Shown: positions 16,755-27,245, numbered from the stretch's first letter. The stretch is 41,322 nt of DNA from Gammaproteobacteria bacterium (GCA_050485745.1 JBJHBY010000003.1:1-41322), one strand, 5' to 3'. Numbers and translations: made by a program. Notes: generated from the sequence alone by a model not told the origin.

Positions 16755-19412
16755 TCAGAGCAGGGTGCGTGCGTGTTCCAGGTGCTTGCGGATGTCCTCC
16801 GCCTCCGGTGCCAGGGCAGCGGCTTGCTCCAGATAGCGGATGCCGTCGTGCACTGAGCCGGTGTTCACCAGCACCCAGCCGTAGGTATCCAGGATGGCGG
16901 GGTTGTTCGGAGCGAGTTCCACCGCCCGCCGCGCGAGCTCCGCGGCCCGGTCGTCGCCAACCTCGTGGTAGAGCCAGGCCAGGTTATTGAGGATCAGGGC
17001 ATTATTGGGCGCCAGCTCGATGGCTTGCTGGTAATAGCGGATGGCCTCCTGCTGGCGGCCGTCCACTTGTGCGGCAAGGGCCAGGTAGGTGACCGGGCGC
17101 GGGTCACGCGGGTAGCGTTGCGCCCAATCCGTCAGCAACCCGGTGGCGTCGGTACCGGCGCGCTGGTGCAACTGGTAGAGGCGGTCGGCAACTGCGGCAT
17201 TGCGCTGCCCTTGCCAGAGTTCCTGCAGGGTCCGGGTGGCGGATTCGAAATCACCCTGCTGCTCCTGGATGTAGGCATGCATGATGCGCGCCTGCTCCTC
17301 GCCGCCGGATTGGCTGCGGATGCGCTCGACAATGCGCTGGGCTTCTTCGGTGCGGCCGGCAGCGGTCTCGATGCCAATCAGGTCGGACAGCAGGGGAATG
17401 TTCTCCGGGAACAGCTCCAGGGCGGACATGATGGCGTCGCGGGCCGTGTCATGCTGGCCGGCACCCAGTGCCGCATTGGCCGCCGCACGCCGGGTGTTGG
17501 CAAAGGTCTCGCGGATATACGGATGCTCGCGATTGAGCTGCAAGGCCCGTTGTGCGTGCCCTGTGGCGCGCTCGATATCATTGTTGCGCAGGTAGTACTC
17601 GCCAAGCACCGCCAGCGCCACCGGTGCGCGGTCCTCGTGCCGGGCCTGCTCTTCAACGGCGGCGATCCCTGCCGGACCCTGTCCACGGGCTTCGAAGCTG
17701 GTGATCAGCCCCTTGTAGGCGGCGGGTTGTTCTGGCGCCAGCCCGGCACCGCGCTGGTAGAACTCCGTGGCATCATCCCAACGCTGCTGGCGAATGGCGA
17801 CCTGGGCCAGACCAAACAGGGGGTCGGCCAGGCTACTGTCGAGCTCACTGGCTTACTGGTAGTGCCTGCGGGCTGTATCGAGCTGCCCGGTGACCATCGC
17901 CACCTGCCCGGCAAGGAGTTGGGTTTCCACCTCGTCGGGTGTGGTCTGCAGGAACGTCTGCATGACCTGGCGGGCGCGTTGGGTATCACCATTGTTGAGC
18001 AGATAGGTGATGTAGCCGCCTTGCACACGGGTGTCTCCGGGGGACTTGCTGGCGGCGGTTTGCAGCTGTGCCTCCGCCTGCTCGATCTTGCCTTCCTGCA
18101 GATAGTGGTTGGCCAGGGGAATGCGCAGGCGCGAGCGCGAGGGGTCGATGGCCAGAGCTTTTTGCAAGGCCAGCGCGCCTTCCTCGCGGGTATCCGGGTA
18201 GCGCAGGGCGGCCATGCCGAAGATGGCCTGCAGATTGGCATTCTGCTCATGCCCGCGCAGGGCCTCCCGCAGCAGGTCGATCGCCTCTCTTGGGCGCTGC
18301 AGCCGCAGCTGTGCCAGGGCGGCCGCCTCGACCATCTGCGGTGCCGCGGTTTCCGGGTCAACGTGCTGCTGGAACAGCTGCCCCGCCGAATCGAATTCAC
18401 CCTTTTCATAGGCAACCAGGCCCAGCAGCATGCCGCTGAGATCGTTGTCCGGGTTGAACTGGTAGAGGTCCAGCAGGATGCGCTCGGCACCCTCGAGGTC
18501 GCCAGCCTGAAACAGTTCCAGGGCGTCATTGAAACGTTGCCGTGCCTCCTGGGCCCCGGGGGTGGCCTCCGCCAGCAGGCGGCTGTAGATCAGCGCCTCG
18601 CTGGGCCGCCCGAGCTGGGTCAGGGTATCGGACAGCTGGCGCAGGACGCGGGCCTTCATCGGTGTGATGACGTCGGTCTGGGGCAGATAGGACAGGGCGT
18701 CGGTGAGACGGCGCTCGGCATCCTCGAGGCGGTTCTGGAAGAAGGCAATCTGGGCTTTCAGGAACAGGGCCTCGACGTTGCGGGGCTGCAGTTCGAGCAG
18801 TTCATCGAGGGCCGCGTCGGCGGGCTCGATATCCTGGGCCAAAAGATGCACGCGAGCGATGCCCAGGCGCGCCTCGTGGTTTTCTGCGTCTTCGGCCAGC
18901 AACTGCTCGTAGAGTTCCAGGGCGCGCCCGTGCTCGCCGACACCACCCAGGGCCTCCGCCAGCAGCAGCCGGTGGCGGGGTTGTCCGGTCACTCCGGTGG
19001 GCAGGTCGTCGCGCTGCAGCAGGTCGAGGGTGGAGCGATACTTCGCCTGCAGGTTCCAGGCCTTGGCCAGCTCCAGGGCGGTGCGGCCGGGAGCCTGCTC
19101 CAGCAGCGGCTCGAGAATCCGCGCCGCGGAGCGGCCATCGCCCAGACGGTTGTGAATACCGGCCAGTTGCAGGTGTCCATCGATGCGGTCCGGCGCCATC
19201 CTGATCGCGTTGCGGGCCTCAATCAGCGCGGCCCGGAACTGGCCCTGCTGGGAGTAGGCCTCGCTGGAGCGCAGGTGAATGGCTGCCTGCTCGGGGCTGG
19301 TGCCGTCGCCGGGGCTGCAGGCGCTCAGCAGAGCGATACCGGAGGCCAGCAGCAGGGCCTTGACCGGCGGGATGTTGAGACGGGTAAAGCGGGATATTTG
19401 GCGAGCGTCCAT
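16755..19412 (-). pseudogene. prsT: PEP-CTERM system TPR-repeat lipoprotein PrsT, interrupted by one in-frame TAA (17853..17855)
   Basis: ORFs 17853..19466 and 16755..17621 share one frame. The 231 nt between them translate without a stop into further TPR-like sequence. The N-terminus has lipobox LLSAC after ATG 19412, preceded by GAGGAG. The joined length of about 885 codons fits the roughly 900-aa PrsT family. Confidence 0.8.
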
Positions 19413-19455
19413 AGGCTCCTCGTGGACGGCCGGTCTGCGCCGGCCCATGTTGTCA

Positions 19456-20808
19456 TCAGGTGGCAATATCGTATTTCTTGACCAGGTCGTACAGCGTCGG
19501 CCGGGTGATGCCCAGCAGCTTGGCCGCGGCAGAGTAGTTGCCCTCGGTCATCGACAGGGCGCGTTTGATGGCGCTCTTTTCGGCGTCGTGCCGGACCTGC
19601 CGCAAGTTGATCGACAGGGCATCCGGCACGGCCAGGGCCAGGTCGAAGGGCGTCACGTACTTGTCTTCGCACATGATCACCGCGCGCTTGATCTTGTTCT
19701 CCATCTCCCGGATGTTGCCCGGCCAGTGGTAGGCTTCGATGGCTTCGGTCGCCTCCGGGGAGAAGCCATTGATCTTGCGCCCCTGTTCCTTGGAAAAGAT
19801 CTGCAGAAAATGCCGGGCGAGGAGGATCTTGTCCCCCAACCTTTCACGCAGGGGCGGAATCAGGATCACCATCTCGCTGATGCGGTAGTAGAGGTCCTCT
19901 CGGAAATCGCCGCTGGCGACCATGGCCTCCAGATCCTTGTTGGTGGCGCAGACCACGCGCACATCCACGGCGATTTCCTCACGGCCACCGACCCGCTCGA
20001 TGACGCGTTCCTGCAGGAAGCGCAGCAGCTTGGCCTGCAGGGCCAGGGGCATGTCGCCAATCTCGTCCAGAAACAGGGTGCCCTCGTGGGCGTATTCGAT
20101 CTTGCCGACGGTGCGCTTGTTGGCGCCGGTGAAGGAGCCCTTCTCATAGCCGAACAGCTCGCTCTCCATGAGGTTCTCGGGCACCGCGGCACAGTTGATG
20201 GCAACGAAGCGGTTGTCCTTGCGCGGGCTCAGGTTGTGAATGGCGCGGGCGAGAACCTCCTTGCCGGTGCCGGATTCCCCCAGTAGTGAACAGGTCACGT
20301 TGGTGGGGGCCACCTTCTCGATGGTGCGGCAGATACGCAGCATGGCGGGGTCGGAAGCCAGCACGCCGGCCAGTGGGGACTGCTTCTGTTCCTGCAGCTT
20401 GCGGTTTTGCTCTTCGAGCCGATAGATGTTGTAGGCGCGCTGTACGATCAGGTCGAGGGTCTCGGCGTTGATCGGTTTCTGATAGAAGTCATAGGCACCG
20501 AGGGCCACGGCGCGGACCGCGTTCTCATAGTCGTGGTTGCCGGTGACGACGATGATCTTGGTCGAGGGTGCCAGGCGCATGATTTCCTGCACCGAGCGAA
20601 AGCCCTCCTCGACCCCCTCTTCATCGGGCGGCAGGCCGAGGTCCTGCAGCACCACGGCCGGCTCGTACTGGCGTACCGCGGCGATAGCACTTTCGCGGTC
20701 ACCGGCGGTGATGACATGGTATTGATCGAAGTGCCAGCGCAGCTGGCTTTGCAGGCCGGCGTCGTCCTCGATGATCAACAGCGTCTCTGCGGGGTTGTGC
20801 TTGGTCAT
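19456..20808 (-). CDS. prsR: sigma-54-dependent response regulator PrsR (PEP-CTERM-box regulator)
   Basis: Receiver domain (LLIIEDDAGLQSQLRW..., VVLQDLGLPPD). AAA+ sigma-54 interaction domain (LLGESGTGKEVLARAIH, the GAFTGA variant GSFTGA, ESELFGYEKG). C-terminal Fis-type HTH (AAKLLGITRPTLYDLVKKY). Confidence 0.9.
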   Translation of the reverse strand: MTKHNPAETLLIIEDDAGLQSQLRWHFDQYHVITAGDRESAIAAVRQYEPAVVLQDLGLPPDEEGVEEGFRSVQEIMRLAPSTKIIVVTGNHDYENAVRAVALGAYDFYQKPINAETLDLIVQRAYNIYRLEEQNRKLQEQKQSPLAGVLASDPAMLRICRTIEKVAPTNVTCSLLGESGTGKEVLARAIHNLSPRKDNRFVAINCAAVPENLMESELFGYEKGSFTGANKRTVGKIEYAHEGTLFLDEIGDMPLALQAKLLRFLQERVIERVGGREEIAVDVRVVCATNKDLEAMVASGDFREDLYYRISEMVILIPPLRERLGDKILLARHFLQIFSKEQGRKINGFSPEATEAIEAYHWPGNIREMENKIKRAVIMCEDKYVTPFDLALAVPDALSINLRQVRHDAEKSAIKRALSMTEGNYSAAAKLLGITRPTLYDLVKKYDIAT

Positions 20809-20820
20809 GGCTGGCTTCGA

Positions 20821-22881
20821 CTATCCTTTGCTGGCCGGTATGGCGATGGTGAAGGTAGTGCCCTCACCGGGGGTGCTGTCGACCGTGACCGTGCCGCCGA
20901 GTGATGAAATGATTTCCCTGGTCTGGTATACGCCGATGCCCATGCCCTTGCTCGACTTGGTGGTCACGAAGGGCTTGAACAGGTGGTTGCGAACGAAGTC
21001 AGGATCCATGCCGACGCCATTATCTTCAACAGTTATCATGGCATTATTGCCGTCCCGGCGTAAAGTCACGTCCACGAAACCGCTGCTCTCCGTTGCTTCC
21101 TGGGCGTTCTTGATGACGTGGGTCAAGGTCATGATCAACTGGTCCTGATCCGCATTGATGCGCAGGTCGGTGTCTTCCAGGCGCAGCGATGGAGTGGGTT
21201 TGTTGGTCTGACAGCGCTTGACTGCCTCCATCAGGATCTTGTGCAGTGACAAGTTGCGCAACTCCGCCGGTTCGGCCCGTTGCAGTTTGCGCAGCAGGTT
21301 GCTCATGCGCCCCACCGAATTCTCGATGGTCTTGATCGCATCCTCGACGAACGCCGGATTCTCCTTGTGCTTCGCCGCATTCTCGACCACCAGTGCCTGC
21401 TGTGCGATCAGGTTTTTCAGGTCGTGCATGATGAAGGCGGTGAGCTTGTTGAAGGCGTCGAACTGACGGGATTCGGCCAGCATTTCCGCGGCCAGCTGCC
21501 GATCCAGATAGCTGGCGACCTGACGACCCACGGTCTTGAGCAGGTCCAGATCCTCCCAGGTCAGCGAGTTGTCGGTGGGAGGCTCCGTCAGCACCATGAA
21601 TCCGAGCAGGGATTCCTCGGTCAGCAACGGCAGCACCAGCCACAGGTCCTCGATCTGGTAGATCCAGTCCGGCAGCAGATCGTTGTAGGCCGAGAGTTTG
21701 TTGTTCTCCGGTGAGTACGGCGAGAACACCCATTCGCGCTCGCGCAGGGCCTGGCAGAACGCGGTATCGACCGGCTCGGCCGCACCACTCGCCGGCAGGG
21801 TCAGGTTGACCGTGTGAACCGGCAGATACTGGTCGCCCTGGCGCAGCCAGAGGCCGCCGCTGGGGCTCTTGAAGATCGAGGCGACCGCGCGGATATTGCG
21901 CTCGAAGAAGTTTTCGTTGCCCGAGGCGGGGCGGGACAGGGAGTTGATCAGGCGCAGCCATTCCACCCGGTAATCATACTTGTGGTGAAAAAAGTGCTTG
22001 TTGATCCAGACGTTGACCCGGGAGCGCACCGTGTGGGAAACAAACAGCACCGCGACGGCGAGCAGTGCTGCGAACATGAGCATGACGCGCAGCACCGTGC
22101 CCCACTCGCCGCCGTAGAGCTGCACGTAGTAGCCCCCCAGCGCCATCAGTCCCAGAAACACACCGGCGACCGTCATGCTGGTGGTGTAGAAGATGACAGG
22201 GCGAGACATCGACAGCCGTGAGGGATGGCCGCCACGCCAGGCGATGACTGCGGCTCCGGTGGCCATCAGCAGGGCGGCGAGCCCGTGGGCGATGCCCCGG
22301 GCGTGCCATAGATCCGGATCCAGGCGGGCAAAGATGAGTCCGTGCGAGAACAGATAGATGTCATAGATGAAGAGCGCGCCGATGCCGACACCGAGAAGCT
22401 TGACCAGGCGCAGGCGATAGGCGTTGCGGTAGAGCTGCTCCACCGCGACCAGCCCCATGATGGACAGGATCAGCCCGACCCAGATCAGGGGCAGGCTGCC
22501 GCTGATCTGGGTGGGTGCCAGCAGGGCCAGAAGGGTACTGCCGGCCAGTGCCAGTAGCCAGGATCCGTGCAGGATACCGCGAAAGCGGATTGCGAGCTGC
22601 CCGCCCGAGGCGAAATGCAGGAGCAGCAATGGTGCGCTGATCCACAACCCGCCCCGCAGGCTTTCCAGCACCAGCAGCCAGGGCCGCGACAGGCTGACGT
22701 TCAGTTGCGGGTGAAAATGTGCCGCGAGCAGAAACCCCCAGGCGGCGGAGATTGTGGCCGCCGCAATCATCATCGGGGGCAGCATGCCGCGGCGCCACAG
22801 CGCGGTGAAGACGACACCCAGTATCAGGAAAAACGTGCCGCTGCTGATGAAGCTGAGAAATGCGATCTTGTCGGGTTCCAT
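20821..22881 (-). CDS. prsK: PEP-CTERM system histidine kinase PrsK
   Basis: About 8-10 N-terminal TM helices, then a GAF-like middle region. H-box FIMHDLKNLIAQQALVVENAAKHKENPAF. ATPase motifs (VIKNAQEA, VEDNGVGMD, GMGIGV). A 12-nt gap to prsR suggests the operon prsK-prsR-prsT. Confidence 0.9.
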   Translation of the reverse strand: MEPDKIAFLSFISSGTFFLILGVVFTALWRRGMLPPMMIAAATISAAWGFLLAAHFHPQLNVSLSRPWLLVLESLRGGLWISAPLLLLHFASGGQLAIRFRGILHGSWLLALAGSTLLALLAPTQISGSLPLIWVGLILSIMGLVAVEQLYRNAYRLRLVKLLGVGIGALFIYDIYLFSHGLIFARLDPDLWHARGIAHGLAALLMATGAAVIAWRGGHPSRLSMSRPVIFYTTSMTVAGVFLGLMALGGYYVQLYGGEWGTVLRVMLMFAALLAVAVLFVSHTVRSRVNVWINKHFFHHKYDYRVEWLRLINSLSRPASGNENFFERNIRAVASIFKSPSGGLWLRQGDQYLPVHTVNLTLPASGAAEPVDTAFCQALREREWVFSPYSPENNKLSAYNDLLPDWIYQIEDLWLVLPLLTEESLLGFMVLTEPPTDNSLTWEDLDLLKTVGRQVASYLDRQLAAEMLAESRQFDAFNKLTAFIMHDLKNLIAQQALVVENAAKHKENPAFVEDAIKTIENSVGRMSNLLRKLQRAEPAELRNLSLHKILMEAVKRCQTNKPTPSLRLEDTDLRINADQDQLIMTLTHVIKNAQEATESSGFVDVTLRRDGNNAMITVEDNGVGMDPDFVRNHLFKPFVTTKSSKGMGIGVYQTREIISSLGGTVTVDSTPGEGTTFTIAIPASKG

Positions 22882-23062
22882 CTGGGCGCGCCGGCTCCAA
22901 CAGGTCGTGTGGCTGCTGTTTCGGGGTGGCGGGCGGCATGCCCCCCGTGCGAGCCTTCAAGGATAGACGAGTCTGGCGCGGATTGCCCCGTGCCTGCAAT
23001 GAGCCGGCAGGATGGGGGCCAGGGGCCGCGTGCGGGTATGAAAAGGCAGATCGGCGGGCCGT

Positions 23063-25333
23063 TCAGCCCGCCGGTTGTGGTTCCGGCCGGCCGAGGTTGC
23101 GCAGGTTGCTGACGATGCCCTGCATCGCGCGCTCGAACAGCGGGCCGCTGTCGAGAGCGCTGGCGCGCCGCTGCTGCATGTCATACGCAAATTCGCGGCG
23201 GGATTTTTCCAGCACCTTGAAGCCGAAGCGATTCACGAAGACATAGCTGTCGGTGACACTGATGCGGGCAGCGAGCTTGCAGCGCAGGATCTTGCCGCGG
23301 CGGCTGTCTTCATAGGAGATCCAGGTGCCGAGCGGCAGCTCCTCGACCTGGCGGATGAAGTCGTAGGTCAGTGCCTTGAAGCGCGCCTGCTGTCGCTCCA
23401 GTGCGGTCATTTCCTTCCAGTCCTTGCTGCCGCTGCCGGGGGTATGCCCCAGAGCGATGGCCTGGGCGCTGCTCAGGGGCTGGAACTCGATATCGGTTTT
23501 GCCATCCTGCAGGCGGGTGAGGACGCGGTCGATGCGGGCAACAATGGCTTGCGACTCTTCGGCCGTTGCGGCGATTCGCGAGAGACCACTGGCGATGCGG
23601 GCGAGGAGATCCGGCTTGATCTTCTCCAGGCGTTGCCGCGAGCGTGCGTCACTGTGCCGGCCGCAGGCCCAGAGCAGGTCGTCCACCAGTTGCGCGGCGG
23701 CAATCCAGTCCGGGTTGTCCTCACCCTGGCGCAGGTGGATCAGCACCAGCAACTGCTGCCAGGTTTCCACCAGGAACTCACTGATGGCGGCTGGCAGCAG
23801 TGGCTTTTCCAGCTTGCCATACAGCAGGGATTGCACCGCAGTCTTGGCCTGGCGTGTACGAGCCTGTCCTTCCGCCGCCTGACTGGTGCGTTTTTCCACC
23901 AGGGCGACGCGCTGGTTTTCCTGCTGCAGGAATTGCTCCAGCTCGGCCAGTTTCTCGATGAAGACATGCTCGTTGTCGGTGTAGTGCTCGTTGATGGTCT
24001 GGACGATTTCCAGGACCTTGTCGTAGAGCTTGTCCTTGCTGGGCTGGTCCGACTCATCCCAGCCGACACTGGCGCTGGCGATGGTGTTGATCAGCCGGCG
24101 TGCCGGGTGGCCTGTATGGCTGAAGAACGCCTTGTCCCGCAGTGCAACCTTGAGAATCGGGATCTGCAGGCGCGAGATCAGGGCCTGGATGGCGACGGGC
24201 AGGTTGCGGTCATCGAGGACAAAATCGAAGAACATGGCAACCAGGTTGATCACGTCCTCATCGGGCTGCTGCAGTGACTGTGGCTGTTGCGGGTCTGCTG
24301 CCCGCAGCAGGTTCTGTACCAGCTGGCGCAGGTCAGGTGGTGGCTCGTGGCCGCTGGGCTGGCTCTCGACGCTGGCTTGCAGGTGCGACAGCAGCTCCAG
24401 CAGCTCCGTTGCGGGCATCAGCGGCCCCGGGTTCGTGGTGTAGGCGTTGTAGTTCGGCAGGCTGGTGAGGCCGAGGCGGCGCATGCTGGCGAGCAGGTTG
24501 CTCAGCTCGCCGAAGTCGAAATTGAAGCCATGGGCGGGCGCGCCAGCAAGCGCAGCGCTGCCCATGGCACTGCCTGCATCGGTGCCGCTGGAGGCTTGCT
24601 GGCTGCCACCGTCGACGCCGACATCGGCCTGCTTGCGCACCTGATGGCTGATCTTGGGCAGTACGCCGGCGTTGATGAGCAGTTCGTTGGCGGCGGAGTA
24701 AACCTTGACCAGCCGGGCCAGCACCAGTCGCTCGAACTGCTTGAAGATGATGATGCGTGCCTTGATATGGATGTCGAACTGCTCGCAGGCATTGGCAAAG
24801 CCACGGCAGATGGTCTCCGGGTCGAGCGGGTTGTTGTCCTGGGTGACCTGGATGCGCGCGACCAGATAGTCCAGGCGCAGGGTCAGGTGATAGATCGACT
24901 CCTGGTTGGCCGCGCGGGCCTTGCCGATCATGCCGGAGAGCGCAACCTCACGCTCGAGCTCGTCGTTCTGCACCAGGGTGAAGGTATCCGCGTTCAGCGG
25001 GTCGATGCTGCCGGGCTTGCCGGCCTGGGAGCCGTTGGCTCGACCCAGTGCGAGGAAGCTCTGCTCGAGATTCTGGCGAAAGCCATTGATGACAGCAGCC
25101 TTCTTGACGCGCAGTTCGCGCATCGATTCGAAATAAAGGGTTTGCTCGTTGTTGCTGGCGGCGCGGCTGGACAGGTCGAAGAACAGGTCATCGCAGTGCG
25201 TGAACAGTTCGTCGAGTCCAGCCACGAGAACGGTGATTGCGTCGTCCTTGATCTGGCGCATGATGGTGGGCAAGGCCTCCCAGTTGCTGGGAGTGCGCTC
25301 TACCATCCTGAGATGATCTTTGTCTTTGGACAT
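23063..25333 (-). CDS. DUF1631-family protein (large conserved protein of unknown function)
   Basis: 756 aa. The N-terminal pattern ...LDELFTHCDDLFFDLSSRAASNNEQTLYFESMRELRVKKAAVINGFRQNLEQSF matches my recollection of DUF1631 N-termini. No TM segments or catalytic motifs were recognised. Confidence 0.7.
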   Translation of the reverse strand: MSKDKDHLRMVERTPSNWEALPTIMRQIKDDAITVLVAGLDELFTHCDDLFFDLSSRAASNNEQTLYFESMRELRVKKAAVINGFRQNLEQSFLALGRANGSQAGKPGSIDPLNADTFTLVQNDELEREVALSGMIGKARAANQESIYHLTLRLDYLVARIQVTQDNNPLDPETICRGFANACEQFDIHIKARIIIFKQFERLVLARLVKVYSAANELLINAGVLPKISHQVRKQADVGVDGGSQQASSGTDAGSAMGSAALAGAPAHGFNFDFGELSNLLASMRRLGLTSLPNYNAYTTNPGPLMPATELLELLSHLQASVESQPSGHEPPPDLRQLVQNLLRAADPQQPQSLQQPDEDVINLVAMFFDFVLDDRNLPVAIQALISRLQIPILKVALRDKAFFSHTGHPARRLINTIASASVGWDESDQPSKDKLYDKVLEIVQTINEHYTDNEHVFIEKLAELEQFLQQENQRVALVEKRTSQAAEGQARTRQAKTAVQSLLYGKLEKPLLPAAISEFLVETWQQLLVLIHLRQGEDNPDWIAAAQLVDDLLWACGRHSDARSRQRLEKIKPDLLARIASGLSRIAATAEESQAIVARIDRVLTRLQDGKTDIEFQPLSSAQAIALGHTPGSGSKDWKEMTALERQQARFKALTYDFIRQVEELPLGTWISYEDSRRGKILRCKLAARISVTDSYVFVNRFGFKVLEKSRREFAYDMQQRRASALDSGPLFERAMQGIVSNLRNLGRPEPQPAG

Positions 25334-25528
25334 GTCCGCACGATCCTCGCCGTTCCCGTCCTGCCGGACGTGGCGGCGCGTTGGTTGGCCTCACCCTTGA
25401 TGCAGCGGCCGGCCGGTTCTGCTGCCTTGTCTCCCAATCATAGTGCATGCCGTAGGCGAAAATAAAGCTATCGTATTGAATTGTCAGTATTTTTTACAGA
25501 AAGTTGCGTCGATTTTCTTTACGGATTC

Positions 25529-26032
25529 TCAATTCACGTTGATGCTTACATGGTTTGACAGGCTACTTGTCAGGTCGTCCTGGTCGACTGCGGCAATCGC
25601 GAAGTAGTAGGTGCCCGGGGCCGATACGGTGACGGTTGCGTTGCTGGTGCTGCCGCCTTCGATCCAGACCGAGCTGCCGCTGCCTGCATTCTCCATGTCG
25701 TTTTCATGGATGTAGTAGATCTGGTAGCCCTTGATTTCGGAAAGCATCAGGGGCTCGCCGTTCTCGCGTGCGTCCGGTGCCGTCCAGCTGAGCTGCACGT
25801 CCTGGCTGAAGGCGCTGCCACTGGGCGGCTCGGGGGTTGCCGGGCTGCTCGGTGAGGACGGTGTCCCGGAATCCTGGCTGTCACCCGGTGACGGAGCGGC
25901 GGGCGCGGAGGGGGCCGGCGCTGTTTGCTGGGAGGAGGAGGTGTCGCTGTCGCCTCCACCGCCGCCGCCGCCACAGGCGACCAGTGTCAGGCTGAGGCCC
26001 AGGGTCAGCAGGATGCGGGAAACTGTGTTCAT
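25529..26032 (-). CDS. lipoprotein with Gly/Ser/Pro-rich linker and beta-rich domain of possible FN3-like fold
   Basis: MNTVSRILLTLGLSLTLVAC lipobox, then GGGGGG and a long S/P/T/A low-complexity linker. The C-terminal ~100 aa (VQLSWTAPDARENGEPL...GYQIYY...GTYYFAIAAVD) could be a fibronectin-III fold, but this rests on pattern only and is speculative. Start at ATG 26032; the ORF is open to 26080. Confidence 0.6.
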   Translation of the reverse strand: MNTVSRILLTLGLSLTLVACGGGGGGGDSDTSSSQQTAPAPSAPAAPSPGDSQDSGTPSSPSSPATPEPPSGSAFSQDVQLSWTAPDARENGEPLMLSEIKGYQIYYIHENDMENAGSGSSVWIEGGSTSNATVTVSAPGTYYFAIAAVDQDDLTSSLSNHVSINVN

Positions 26033-26282
26033 GTCATTGACCTTCTCTCCCCGGGTGAACGGGGTCGCCAGGAAATTCAAGTGGGCGTGGCCGGCGCTGC
26101 TGCCGGCGTGGCTCGGGCTTCCGGGTTCATTTTAGGGACCGCGGATTTGCCGGTACAAGGCTTATCAGCCCCGGCTAAAGATCGCTTGGCAATAATGTGA
26201 GGGCTGTCACTGGTGGATACTGAACTGGTCCTGTGGCGGCTGCGGACCACATCACCCTGGTGTTTTCGCGGCTGGCACGAGA

Positions 26283-27245
26283 TCAGCTGTCGCGCTGCAC
26301 GGCCAGCACGCAGAGGCGTTCCATGGCATCGCGGCAGGGTGACGCCGGAAGGGGTGCCAGGCATTTGCGGGCGCTTTCTGCCTCCCGGGCCGCGCGGGCG
26401 AGGGTGTAATCGAGACTGCCGGCAGACATCACCGCCTTCAGTACGGCGTCGAGGTCGCGGGCATCGCGCTCGCGGATGGCGCGCTCCACCAGGGTGCGCT
26501 CGGCGCTGCTGCCGTGACGCAGGACGTGGATCAATGGCAGGGTCGGCTTGCCCTCGAAGAGGTCGTCCCCCACTTGCTTGCCCATGATGCTGCTGTCGCC
26601 ACGATAGTCGAGCACGTCGTCCGCCAGCTGGAAGGCGGTGCCGAGGTGCTGTCCGAAGCGGGCCAGGCTGCGCGTTGCGGCGGGGTCGGCATCCGCGAGC
26701 AGTGCAGCGCCCTCGCAGGCAGAGGCAAACAGGACCGCGGTCTTGCGCTCGATGACCTCGAAGTAGGCCTCTTCGGTGGTGGCCGGGTCGCCGGCCCGCG
26801 TCAGTTGCAGGACCTCGCCCTCGGCGATGGTATTGGTGGTGTCGGCCAGCAGCCGCATCAGGGGCAGGTGGCCGATGGCGACGAGCAGCTGGAAGGCGCG
26901 GGAATAAAGGAAGTCACCAACCAGAACGCTCGGGGCATTCCCCCAGCGTGCATTCGCTGTCGGGCGGCCACGGCGCAGGTTGGAGCGGTCGACGACGTCG
27001 TCGTGCAGCAGGGTTGCGGTATGGATAAACTCGATGACCGCTGCCAGGGTGATCTGGTCCCTGTGGATATTGCCGCAGGCGCCCGCGGAGAGCAGGACCA
27101 GCAGGGGGCGCAGGCGCTTGCCCCCTGCCTCGACGATGTAGTGCCCGATGTTTTCCACAAGGGGTACATGCGAGTGGAGCTGGTCGAGGATGACCTGGTT
27201 GACGGCGGCGAAGGGTTCGGCCACCACCTGGCGAATGTCCTGCAT
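26283..27245 (-). CDS. ispB: octaprenyl-diphosphate synthase
   Basis: Both polyprenyl synthase Asp-rich motifs are present (LLHDDVVD and FQLADDVLD). Size is 320 aa. It is divergent from rplU, the classical arrangement. Confidence 0.92.
   Translation of the reverse strand: MQDIRQVVAEPFAAVNQVILDQLHSHVPLVENIGHYIVEAGGKRLRPLLVLLSAGACGNIHRDQITLAAVIEFIHTATLLHDDVVDRSNLRRGRPTANARWGNAPSVLVGDFLYSRAFQLLVAIGHLPLMRLLADTTNTIAEGEVLQLTRAGDPATTEEAYFEVIERKTAVLFASACEGAALLADADPAATRSLARFGQHLGTAFQLADDVLDYRGDSSIMGKQVGDDLFEGKPTLPLIHVLRHGSSAERTLVERAIRERDARDLDAVLKAVMSAGSLDYTLARAAREAESARKCLAPLPASPCRDAMERLCVLAVQRDS

Noticed and set aside
16965-19481. 838-aa plus-strand ORF
   Set aside because: It is antisense to prsT. 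It has no recognisable motifs, and the TPR/lipobox signal is on the other strand.
23075-25465. Two long plus-strand ORFs (400 aa and 392 aa)
   Set aside because: Both are antisense to the DUF1631 gene and look like high-GC artefacts.
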